From Candidatus Latescibacterota bacterium (GTDB taxonomy: Bacteria > Krumholzibacteriota > Krumholzibacteriia > WVZY01), in the NCBI GenBank assembly GCA_963791045.1, contig CAWBQK010000013.1, positions 96,001-160,000 on the forward strand: a stretch of DNA of 64,000 nt, in the 5' to 3' direction. Of the stretch, positions 1-10,324 are shown in pieces. Below the pieces are notes generated by a model. The model was given only the letters and a program-made list of their open reading frames with translations. It was not told the DNA's origin and did not search any database. Both the position numbers and the translations under genes were made by a program. Numbering within the stretch: position 1 is the first letter of the stretch; the number at the start of each line of letters is the position of its first letter.

Positions 1-114
1 AAGAACGCGGAAGAGCTGCTGGACTCGCTCGTCATTCTCCGCAACCGGATGCGGCAAACAACAATTACGACTCAGCTCACCGAAATCGTCGGTGGCGCTG
101 AAGCGCTCAAGTAA
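1..114 (+). CDS. atpG: ATP synthase F1 gamma subunit, 3' end (partial)
   Basis: Frame 1 reads KNAEELLDSLVILRNRMRQTTITTQLTEIVGGAEALK*, matching the conserved gamma C-terminus (NxxRQxxITxxxxEIVGGA); lies directly upstream of atpD. Confidence 0.93.
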   Translation, partial: KNAEELLDSLVILRNRMRQTTITTQLTEIVGGAEALK

Positions 115-124
115 AGAGATTTGA

Positions 125-1609
<1,485 letters not shown>

Positions 1610-1625
1610 GAAGGTGTGCCCCGCT

Positions 1626-1910
1626 GTGGACCCGACATTCAGTTTCAAAATCCTGAGCCCCAAGGCTCAAATTCTCGACGAAGAGGTCGTTTCGATAGTC
1701 GCCCCGGGCGCGGCCGGTTATCTCGGTGTCCTCGCCAATCATGCTCCATTGATCACCACAATGACCGATGGCGAGTTAAAGGTCCGTTTTGCCGGTGGCA
1801 ACGAGAAACGGTTTCATATAACGGGTGGGATTTTGCGCGTGTCACACAACACCGCTGTTTTGCTGACCGAATCGATCGATGAGGTTGGAGGGTCAGGGGC
1901 TACAGGCTAG
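1626..1910 (+). CDS. atpC: ATP synthase F1 epsilon subunit
   Basis: Within ORF 1431..1910; probable GTG start at 1626 after [25 protein letters not shown] motif; short form lacking the C-terminal helical domain. Confidence 0.92.
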   Translation: MDPTFSFKILSPKAQILDEEVVSIVAPGAAGYLGVLANHAPLITTMTDGELKVRFAGGNEKRFHITGGILRVSHNTAVLLTESIDEVGGSGATG

Positions 1911-3611
1911 ACGTCCGCCACTTCGACTTTCTCGGATTTGTTTTCTTTGAATTCTCCGCCCCCAGAAGCTTCGTCAAGAAATACCTGCTCGGTCTCCAGA
2001 GGCAACGCCACGGTAAAGGTGCTCCCGTGGCCGTATTTGCTTTCTACCCAAAGACGACCCTTGTGAAGCTCCACGATATGCTTGGCGAGAGCCAGACCTA
2101 TCCCAAGCCCGCCCCATCGACGGGATCGAAGACCCATCCACCTGCCTGAAAGTCTCGAAGATGTGGGGGATGTCTTCTTCGGGAATACCCATACCCGTAT
2201 CCGTCACCTGTATCCTGATTTCCTTCCCCGTGAAAACTGTGTCGACACGAACGGCGCCGTCGCGACCGGTGAACTTGATCGCGTTCTGGATGAGACACGA
2301 AATCACCTGGACGATCTGGTTGTTGTCGAGATATGTCACTGGGACTTTTGTGTCGGGCGTGAAAGTCATTTCGATGTTCTTGGCGGCGGATCGTTTCTCC
2401 ATTTTTGGCCACACCGAGTTGATCACGTCGTGGATGTGCGACAGGGACATGCTTAGCAGCTGACCCGACACCTCGAGCTTGGAAAGATCGAGGAGGTTGT
2501 TGATCAACTGGAGCAGACTCGCCCCATTCTCGACGATGACATCGAGAAACTGCTGTTTACTATCTTCGGGGAGTTTTGGATCCTTGAGGGACTCCGAATA
2601 CGCGATGATGATGCTCAGCGGCGTTCGCAGTTCGTGACTTATGTTCGCCAGGAACTCGGTTTTCATTTTGTCGACGTCCGTGAGCTTTTTGTTGATCTCC
2701 TGAAGGTTCTTGTTCTGACAGATGATCTGCTGTTCGAGCATTCGTCTCTGTGACACATTGTGAACGATCATCTGGACGAAAAGCCCGTCCTTCAGCCGGA
2801 TAAGATTGGCGTTGATATCGACAAATACGAGGTTGCCGTCGTGGTCGACCATCTTGCGGTCGACAAAGGTCATCGATCCCTGGCTGAGCAGATTGATAAA
2901 GTCGCGCCGGACCTGGTACTTGCTCCTCCTCGGAAAACAACTCGAAGTACGACTGGTTGATGAGCTGGTCGCGCGTGTATCCCAGAACGCTTTCGCACTT
3001 CCTGTTGACTTCCGAGAGTCTCGCCGAACCCTTGTCGACGAGCATGATGAGATCGTTCGCGTTTTCGAGGAGTGTCTTGTAGCGCCGGCTGAGAACCTCG
3101 GCTTCGAGACGAAGCTGCGTATGGGCGATCGCCCGGCTGGCGAACTGCGCGCAGTGTTCGATGAACCTCAACATCGGTTTTCGAGAAAGCGTTTACCGTG
3201 TAACTGCCGATGTTGAGCGTCCCGATAAGCTTCCCCGCGCGAGACCAATGGAACAACCATGTCCGCGCTGAGGGGTTCCTCGCTGATAACTTCTTTGAAA
3301 CGATCGCATGTCTGCGATGTTCGGGCGATGGACGGACTCCTGATGGATAACAACCCACCCAAGAACCGAGCCCTCGTCGACGGGAATCAAACGCCCCTCG
3401 CCGAACTTCTCGGCGGCGCTGTCCCCTTTGTGAATGCCCTGTGGACCAGCGTTTTTTTGTCGGGATTGAGAATCGCCACACTGGATACGTCGAAATCAAC
3501 GAGACGTGACACTTCCTTGGTGATGGCGGCGAGGATGCTTTCAAGACCCGTGGCGGCGAGCATCGCGTTGGCGATTTCGACGAACGCCAGGACGTGCTCC
3601 GTCTTGGACAT
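1907..3611 (-). CDS. GAF-PAS sensor histidine kinase (several frameshifts, probably sequencing errors)
   Basis: Fragments in different frames: N-terminal GAF-like ([18 protein letters not shown]), PAS ([16 protein letters not shown]), H-box [14 protein letters not shown]-box NAIKFT, G1 DTGMGIP, G2 GLGIGLAL...[15 protein letters not shown]. Confidence 0.85.
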
Positions 3612-3654
3612 GCCGTTGTCTTTTTGAATCGTGTCGTTGCTCATGTGTCGAAGT

Positions 3655-3670
3655 TGCACGTATTTTGCCC
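3655..3670 (-). promoter_or_regulatory. possible sigma54 promoter of the histidine kinase
   Basis: Minus strand GGGCAAAATACGTGCA has GG-N10-GC spacing, ~45 bp upstream of ATG 3611; weak match to TGGCACG-N4-TTGCW. Confidence 0.3.
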
Positions 3671-3975
3671 GACAACGCGCGATATTGCATTCGAGAAGAA
3701 AAGAAACCAGCCCGTAACTTGTTTATATTCGGTGCATTACGGAATACATTACCCCGGCATTGCAGGAAATGTTCCATCCCCGGGCGAAGCAGCCAATTCG
3801 CTTTGCAGAAACCAGGATCAGGCCGCGACGCGCTCTTCCCCGGAACAAGCGCGCCGTCGACGTTGTTAAAGTTTTTGATTGGAAGTGTAAACTACGTTAG
3901 AATAGCCACTTGTCAGACGCCCCAAACCCAGCAGTGGCGGTCGAGGGCGAGGCCCCAAACCACGAATGAGTTTCG

Positions 3976-6123
3976 ATGGCCAAAAAAGCCAAGAAGAAAA
4001 CAGCGCAAACGGACGCGGTCCGAAAAGCGACCACGCGCGAAGTTGATTTCGACAGACTGATGTCACGCTCCTCGATAGGAAAAAGCGAGATCAAGTACGT
4101 CGCCGCCGTGTTCGTGATCGCGCTCGCCGTGCGTCTTGTCTATTTCTTTTTGAACAAGGCAAACAACCCGCTCTTTTATCACCCGATACTCGATGCGTTG
4201 TTTCACCACGAGTGGGCGGGGGAAATACTCGCCGGCAATTTCTGGGGAGACGAGGTTTTTTTCCGGGCACCCTTCTACCCCTATGCGCTTGCCTTCTTCT
4301 ATAAGCTAAGCGGCTCCAGCATCGCCTTCGCCACTTTTGTTCAACACATTACAGGATCGTTCAGCGCCGCACTCCTCTACGCGCTCTCGCGCCAGTACTT
4401 CTCCGTCCGGGTGTCACTGCTCGCCGCGGTTCTGGCGGCGCTGTATTGGCCTCTGATTTATTTCGAAGGCGATCTATTGATCGTCACCTTTGTTGTCTTC
4501 TTTGACATCTCATTACTGCTCTGCCTTGCCGTCGCGATCCGCAAACAATCGACGCCTTTGTATGTCGCCGCGGGGTTGATTCTCGGGCTATCCGCCATCG
4601 CGCGGCCAAGCATTTTGATCTTCGTGCCGGTCATCCCCATTGTTTTTCATGTGTCCTCGATGATTCAACAGCGCGGTCAATCACGCACATGGCAGAAACA
4701 AACGGTTCTGCTCCTGTCCGGCGCTATGGTCATTATTCTTCCGGTCATCATCCGAAACTATGTCGTCGGACGTGATTTTGTGCCCATCGCGTCACAGGGC
4801 GGGGTCAACTTTTATATCGGCAACAACCCACAATCGAATGGGAGTCTCGCGATGGTGCCCGGCGCGCGGGCCGATATGTACGGCACCTATCACGGCGCCA
4901 TCGAGCTTGCCGAGCGGGACAGGGGCCGTCGTCTCAAACCCTCGGAAGTCTCCAGTTACTACACGGGGAAAGCGCTCGGTTTTTTCGCGGAAGCGCCGGG
5001 CGACGCTATGGCCCTTACATCCAAGAAGCTGTATATGTTCTGGGCCGGAGTTGAAAGATCTAACAACAAGTATATCCAGTTCTTCTGGGAACGATACGGT
5101 CTCGGGAAGATACCCCTTCCCGGCTTCTGGCTGATCGGACCCTTTGCGCTCCTCGGAGGCGTTCTGCTATTTCGGAGACGGCGCGAAATGTCGCTCCTCT
5201 ATCTTTTTGTGTTGAGCTATATGGTTGGCGTCGTGGCGTTCTTTGTAAACGCGAGATTCCGGCTCCCCGTCACTCCCGTTCTTATCTTGTTCGCATCCTT
5301 CGCCATTTTTTATCTGGTGGAGTGCGTCCGCGCAAGGAGCGAGAGCTTCCTTCGAGCGCTGCTTGTTCTCGCGGTGTGTGTTTTTATTGTCGACTATGAT
5401 TACATCGCGTTTCGCGGTGTTAGGGCCATCGATGAGGCAATTTCGCATTACGAACTGGCCAACGCTTTCCTCAAGATGGATAACAAGGACGGGGCGCTGC
5501 ATCATTTCGAGCAGGCCAGGGAGATACAGGAGAAATATCCGACGCGTGCGTATCTTCAAATCTCAGGAACCGTCGATTTCAATCTTGGCTCGATCTATTT
5601 TGAAAACGGACTCTATTCTCGGGCCGTTCAGGCGTTGGAACGTGTCCCCGACACCGACCCGCGTGTCTATCAGGCAAAGACCCTCCTTGCCGACTGTTAT
5701 GTCAAAGGTGGCCGCTATGCCGACGCGATAGACGTATACGTCCGCATCCTCCAGGCGGACCCGAACCATGCGCGAAGCCTCTTTGGTCTCGGCATCGCCT
5801 ACCGGATGACCGGCGATCTCGACCGCTCGCAGCAGGCCCTGGAAGAGGTACTGCGAAAGCACAAACCACCCGACGGTAGTGTAAACCTCGAACTCGCTCG
5901 AACGCTCCAGGCCCGCGGCGACACCGAGGGAGCCATCCGCAACTACCAGATTGCGTCGGCCAGCAATCTTCAACGGCGCGACGCCTACCTCGAACTCGCC
6001 CGGCTCCACAAGACACAGGGAGACAGGGAGAAAGCGATCGAATACTACGAAAGGCTTCGTACGGCGTATCCGAACGACAGATCCATCCAGATGGAAATCA
6101 ACGCGCTCCGTTCGAACAATTAG
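3976..6123 (+). CDS. GT-C (ArnT/PMT-like) membrane glycosyltransferase with C-terminal TPRs, paralog 1
   Basis: 715 aa; multiple TM segments; PILDALFHHEWA, FFRAPFYPY, SQGGVNFYIGNNP, NARFRLP; TPR-like repeats in the last ~220 aa. Confidence 0.8.
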   Translation: MAKKAKKKTAQTDAVRKATTREVDFDRLMSRSSIGKSEIKYVAAVFVIALAVRLVYFFLNKANNPLFYHPILDALFHHEWAGEILAGNFWGDEVFFRAPFYPYALAFFYKLSGSSIAFATFVQHITGSFSAALLYALSRQYFSVRVSLLAAVLAALYWPLIYFEGDLLIVTFVVFFDISLLLCLAVAIRKQSTPLYVAAGLILGLSAIARPSILIFVPVIPIVFHVSSMIQQRGQSRTWQKQTVLLLSGAMVIILPVIIRNYVVGRDFVPIASQGGVNFYIGNNPQSNGSLAMVPGARADMYGTYHGAIELAERDRGRRLKPSEVSSYYTGKALGFFAEAPGDAMALTSKKLYMFWAGVERSNNKYIQFFWERYGLGKIPLPGFWLIGPFALLGGVLLFRRRREMSLLYLFVLSYMVGVVAFFVNARFRLPVTPVLILFASFAIFYLVECVRARSESFLRALLVLAVCVFIVDYDYIAFRGVRAIDEAISHYELANAFLKMDNKDGALHHFEQAREIQEKYPTRAYLQISGTVDFNLGSIYFENGLYSRAVQALERVPDTDPRVYQAKTLLADCYVKGGRYADAIDVYVRILQADPNHARSLFGLGIAYRMTGDLDRSQQALEEVLRKHKPPDGSVNLELARTLQARGDTEGAIRNYQIASASNLQRRDAYLELARLHKTQGDREKAIEYYERLRTAYPNDRSIQMEINALRSNN

Positions 6124-6131
6124 CAAAAGAC

Positions 6132-8271
6132 ATGGCGAAACACTCCAAAAAGAAGCCCGTAAAAGTACCCGACCAGGCCCCATTGACCGCGCATTTCGCC
6201 GCAACCGAAACGTGGAACAAATTGGACTGGCGGAACGCGGCCATTGTTCTTGCGGTTGCCGTCGCCATACGCCTCGTTTTTTTCTTTCTCAACAGGCATA
6301 ACAACCCGCTCTTCTACTACCCCATCATGGACGGCAAGTACCATCTCGAGTGGGCACAGGAGATTCTTTCCGGCAACTTCTGGGGCAACGGCGTATTCTT
6401 CCGGGCACCGCTGTACCCTTACTTTCTCGCGTTTCTCTACAAGATCGGCGGGACACATATTGGCTTCGTCATTTTTTGCCAGCATTTGATCGGCGCCGCA
6501 AGTGCGGGGCTTGTTTATCTCGTAGCCCGCTTGTTCTTCCGCCCCGGAATTGCGCTACTCGCCGGGCTGTTCGCCGCGCTTTACTGGCCGTTTCTGTATT
6601 TTGAAGCCGACCTGCTCATAGTGACGTTGATCGTATTCTTCGACCTTCTCAGTCTGTATTTTCTTATTCTCGCGCTTAAGACGTCGCGAGCCGGTTATTT
6701 TATCGCCGCCGGGCTCATCCTCGGATTGTCGGCGGTCGCGCGCCCAAATATTCTCGTGTTGATCCCCGCTTTGCCGTTTGTGTTCTGGTTGTGGCCGGAC
6801 GGTCGAAACAAAGACACGGCCACACGCCGGAAAGTATGCTTCCGCCAAACCGTTTTTGTTTGTGCCGCCGCGGCGCTGATGATCTTGCCGGTGCTCGTCA
6901 GGAACTGGGTCGTCGGCCGCGACATTGTTCCGATCGCGTCGCAGGGCGGTGTGAACTTCTATATTGGCAACAACCCCGACGCCGATGGGCGCACGGCGAT
7001 AGTCCCGGGCACAAGATGGGACTGGTGGGGTGGCTACGAAGATGCGATCCGGATGGCGGAAAAAGAAGCGGGCCGCAAACTCAAACCGTCCGAGGTATCC
7101 AATCACTACTTTCGAAAAGGCGCCGGGTTCGTATTTACACAGCCGGATCGTTCCATCCCGCTCCTCGGCAAAAAGCTGCACCTGTTCTGGGCCGCGGGGG
7201 AACGATCGAACAACAAATATATCTATTTCTTCTGGCACCAGGGGGGAATGGGAAAGGTCCCGCTGCCCGGGTTCTGGCTCATCGCACCCCTGGGACTCCT
7301 CGGAGGGGTTCTCTTGTGGCCGCGCCGTCGTGAACTCTCTCTCTTCTACCTGTTCACCGTGACTTACATGGCTGGGGTGATCGCGTTCTTTGTCAACGCG
7401 AGGTTCAGACTGCCTATAGTTCCCATACTCATCATGTTTGCCGCCTATGCGTGTTTCCATCTGTGGCATGTCGCCCGCCACAGAAGATCCGAACTCTGGA
7501 AACCGCTGGTTGTTTTTGCGTTGTGCGTTTTCGCCATCGATTTTGACCTCGTCGGTTTCGGTGAAAACAAAATCAATGAGGACGCACTCTCGCACTACAC
7601 TCTTGGAAACGCCTATCTCAACCGCGGTGACACCAAGAACGCCATCGCCGAATATGAAGAAGCGCTCGACCGATATAAGCAATACGGAAGAAAAGGTTTT
7701 CTCGTTGTCGCTCGCAATGTCGAGTACAACCTGGGGCGACTGTACTGGTCGGACAAGCGCTGTGAAGAGGCAATACCGCACCTCGAACGAGTGGGAGGAA
7801 ACGACCAGTTCGCCGTCGTTGCGCTCGAGATGCTCGCCGATTGTTACGAAAGCGAAAAACGTTACAACAATGCAATCGACGCCTATGAATTGATCCTGAG
7901 AGCCGTACCCAACAACGACAAGGCTCGTTTCGGTCTGGCGAGAACTCACCGTTTGATGGGAAATCTGGAAGAGGCGGAAACGCTATTCCGATCGATCGTG
8001 TCCGACGGAACGGGGCAAAATGCGGAAGCCTACATGGAACTGGCCGCAACACTCGAAGCTCTTGAGAAATGGGATGAAGCGGCGGCCGCCTATGAAAACG
8101 CCGCGAGAAGCCCGGCATATCGCGTCCGCGCCCTTATAGGCGCGGCGAGGATGTACGCTCGAGGGGGGAGACGGGGAAAAGGCCTCCGGCTGTCTCGACC
8201 GCGCAAAGAGTTTCGCCCCCGACGATCCTGCCGTTGACAAGGCAATCGACGCGCTCCGCGCGGACGGCTGA
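6132..8271 (+). CDS. GT-C membrane glycosyltransferase with C-terminal TPRs, paralog 2 (frameshift near 8165)
   Basis: Clear paralog of the upstream gene. The ORF ends at 8237, but after the G6 run at ~8163 another frame reads GDGEKASGCLDRAKSFAPDDPAVDKAIDALRADG* (TGA 8269-8271), which fits a terminal TPR helix. Confidence 0.8.
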
Positions 8272-8276
8272 GATCC

Positions 8277-9002
8277 CTATCCAAAAATCCCAGAGCCACC
8301 GGACTCGAATTTTTTCCACGGAAATATTTTTGGCGGTGGCGCCGCGAGGTGAACCATCTGTTCTTGTGTGGGGTGTTTGACGGCGAGACTTCCCGCGTGC
8401 AGAGCGATCGTCCTGTCGGAAAGCGGCTCCGACGCTCCATATTTCATGTCGCCGACGACGGGATAGCCCATGTCGGCGAGTTGGAGCCGGAGTTGATGAT
8501 GGCGGCCGGTGCGCGGGCGAAGTTCGAGTAGTGTAAGGCCGGGCTTGCGACCAAGCACGCGAAACGACATGACCGCCTCCTTCGCCCCTTCGCTCTCCGC
8601 GGTCGCAATTCTCGAAGATTTTCGAACACGCTCGATGTAAGCGACGAGTTCGCCCGAATCGTCGGCGACGCGACCGACAACGACGGCGAAATACACTTTC
8701 TCGACCTGCCGCAATCTGAATTCGTTGGTCAATCGCGACGCTGCTTTGGAGGTCCTCGCAAACAGGACGACACCGGAGACGGGGCGGTCGAGACGATGCA
8801 CAAGGCCGAGAAAGACTTTGCCCGGCTTGTCGTATTTTTCTTTTATGTATGCCTTTGTGATATCGAGAAGAGTCTCGTCGCCAGTGTCATCCCCCTGGAC
8901 GAGGACGCCGCCCGGCTTGAGGACACCGATTAGATGGTTGTCTTCGTAGAGAATCCTGATCGGACCGTGCCTGTCGTGTCCATCGTGATTTTCAGCCGGC
9001 AT
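8277..9002 (-). CDS. RluA-family pseudouridine synthase
   Basis: ILYEDNHL, catalytic VHRLDRPVSG, TGRHHQLR, GDMKYG, LHA. Confidence 0.93.
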   Translation of the reverse strand: MPAENHDGHDRHGPIRILYEDNHLIGVLKPGGVLVQGDDTGDETLLDITKAYIKEKYDKPGKVFLGLVHRLDRPVSGVVLFARTSKAASRLTNEFRLRQVEKVYFAVVVGRVADDSGELVAYIERVRKSSRIATAESEGAKEAVMSFRVLGRKPGLTLLELRPRTGRHHQLRLQLADMGYPVVGDMKYGASEPLSDRTIALHAGSLAVKHPTQEQMVHLAAPPPKIFPWKKFESGGSGIFG

Positions 9003-9057
9003 TTCGTTTCATCCCTTCTCTTCTACTCAGGCACGGCTGCGCATGGTGCGCCATGAG

Positions 9058-9150
9058 CGATCGGCGGTTGGGCCCGCACTACGCTTCGCTAGGGTCCTGT
9101 CGCCGATTACCCGGCACAGGTCATGTCATCGGTCACCCCGAGCGAAGCGA
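9058..9150. repeat. two GC-rich palindromes with CGCTTCGC/GCGAAGCG cores (REP-like)
   Basis: ATCGGCG..GGGCCC/GGGTCC..CGCCGAT enclosing CTACGCTTCGCTAG, and ACCCCG-AGCGAAGCGA-..-CGGGGT. Confidence 0.5.
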
Positions 9151-9219
9151 GGTGCGGGGTATCATGCTCAAAGGCTTCAACAACCCAGAACGCGAGCCGC
9201 CACCCGCGCCTACTCTCAA

Positions 9220-9332
9220 TGAGGACGGTGCGGTCTTTCGATAGGCCCTTTCGCGGGAGCGAGCGAGGATCCGGCGCCGGTTCCGCCGGCGGCTAGCGGA
9301 GCGAGGGCCCGAGAAAGATCGCGCCGACCTCA
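9220..9332. repeat. palindromic REP/MITE-like element, copy 1
   Basis: Imperfect terminal inverted repeats TGAGGACGGTGCGGTCTTTCGATAGGCCCT ... AGGGCCCGAGAAAGATCGCGCCGACCTCA; homologous to 56036..56139 in the opposite orientation. Confidence 0.8.
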
Positions 9333-9396
9333 GCACAACACAATAGGAGTATAGTACAGTAATCCAGGGGATGTCGGAAAGGGGGAAAGGAATGGG

Positions 9397-10068
9397 CTAG
9401 TCGGCTTTGTAGAGCTCTTTGATGCTGCCCCACGTCTTCGTGGCGGTCGGGACCGTCCAGTCCTCCATCATCACGCTGTAACAGGGTTCGCCGTCGAACA
9501 CCCGGTTTGCATTCTTATCGGCGTACACGATGATGCCAATAAACTGGCTGCCGAGCCAACGAAGGTTGAACGTAAAAGTATCCGAGTAGAAACCGTCTTC
9601 GGTCTCGGTCGACACCACCATCCGCGGAATCACATAACGCAATCCATCGATGCGCTCACCATTGACATAAACATCCGGGGAAGAGTTCACGGGAAATGGA
9701 ACGAACTCGACAACGATGTCATTCAACTGTCTGGGGTATTCCGAGAAACCGTCGACACAAATCTTTGTCTTGTTCCCCACCGTGAAGAACTCGCTCTTGC
9801 CGTCGTACGACGTTTCGAAACCCACGAGCCCCGGTGCGCGGTAGATCTCGGTAGCGATCCGTCTCTCCGCGACGTTCCACAACACCTCGCCGGACACGGC
9901 ATAGGCTGGATCGAACCCCGGATCGGAGGGGCTTACGACTTCATATGTCAACGGGTCATAACGGAACACAACAACATCGAGAGGATACACGAGCAGGCAA
10001 GGGTCGGCCAAAACCGCGGCCGGCGCCAGGAGGAATAACGTCAATAATACAGCCAGAATCGGACGCAT
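9397..10068 (-). CDS. secreted hypothetical protein with C-terminal TWGxIKxLY motif
   Basis: Likely start MRPILAVLLTLFLLAPAAVLA (signal peptide); ends VPTATKTWGSIKELYKAD. Confidence 0.8.
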   Translation of the reverse strand: MRPILAVLLTLFLLAPAAVLADPCLLVYPLDVVVFRYDPLTYEVVSPSDPGFDPAYAVSGEVLWNVAERRIATEIYRAPGLVGFETSYDGKSEFFTVGNKTKICVDGFSEYPRQLNDIVVEFVPFPVNSSPDVYVNGERIDGLRYVIPRMVVSTETEDGFYSDTFTFNLRWLGSQFIGIIVYADKNANRVFDGEPCYSVMMEDWTVPTATKTWGSIKELYKAD

Positions 10069-10076
10069 AAGATGCC

Positions 10077-10240
10077 AAGTACCCAGTGCTGAAAACCCGA
10101 TGGGGTTCGACTCTAACGCAACGGCGGCCGGATAGCGAACCGACCGGACCAACAAAAGGACCGGTCTGTGCTTCCCGCGTCTTCACCTTTATTTTGAGGG
10201 CTGCCGGACGTGTGTGGCACCCCTGCCCTTAGCAGTACCC
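10077..10240 (-). ncRNA. candidate 6S-like RNA or structured leader RNA
   Basis: Manual folding gives a rod: 5' GGGUAC-UGCU..GGGGU pairs with 3' ACCCC..AGCA..GUACUU; CGGCAGCC/GGCCGCCG inner stem; unpaired A-rich central segment CUCAAAAUAAAGGUGAAGAC; apical GACCGGUCC/GGUCCGGUC stem. It starts just after an extended -10 promoter. Confidence 0.5.
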
Positions 10241-10244
10241 TTAG

Positions 10245-10274
10245 ATTATAGCATACCGGCGCGGTTTCTGTGAA
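10245..10274 (-). promoter_or_regulatory. sigma70 extended -10 promoter
   Basis: Minus strand TTCACA-N18-TATAAT with TGn directly before the -10 (TGCTATAAT). Confidence 0.7.
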
Positions 10275-10324
10275 GTGCAATTGAAACGGAACTATGGAGG
10301 AGAGAGTTGGGCTTGCCGCGAAAC

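Noticed and set aside
6555..7949. Long antisense ORFs (464 aa here; also 33290..34432, 36515..37555, 57814..58773 and others)
   Set aside because: They lie opposite well-supported genes and have no motifs, typical shadow ORFs of GC-rich coding DNA
9027..9340. RNase P RNA, tmRNA or SRP RNA in the structured intergenic region
   Set aside because: No GAGGAAAGUCC or terminal P4 motif, no tRNA-like ends and no SRP GGAA loop motif seen on either strand
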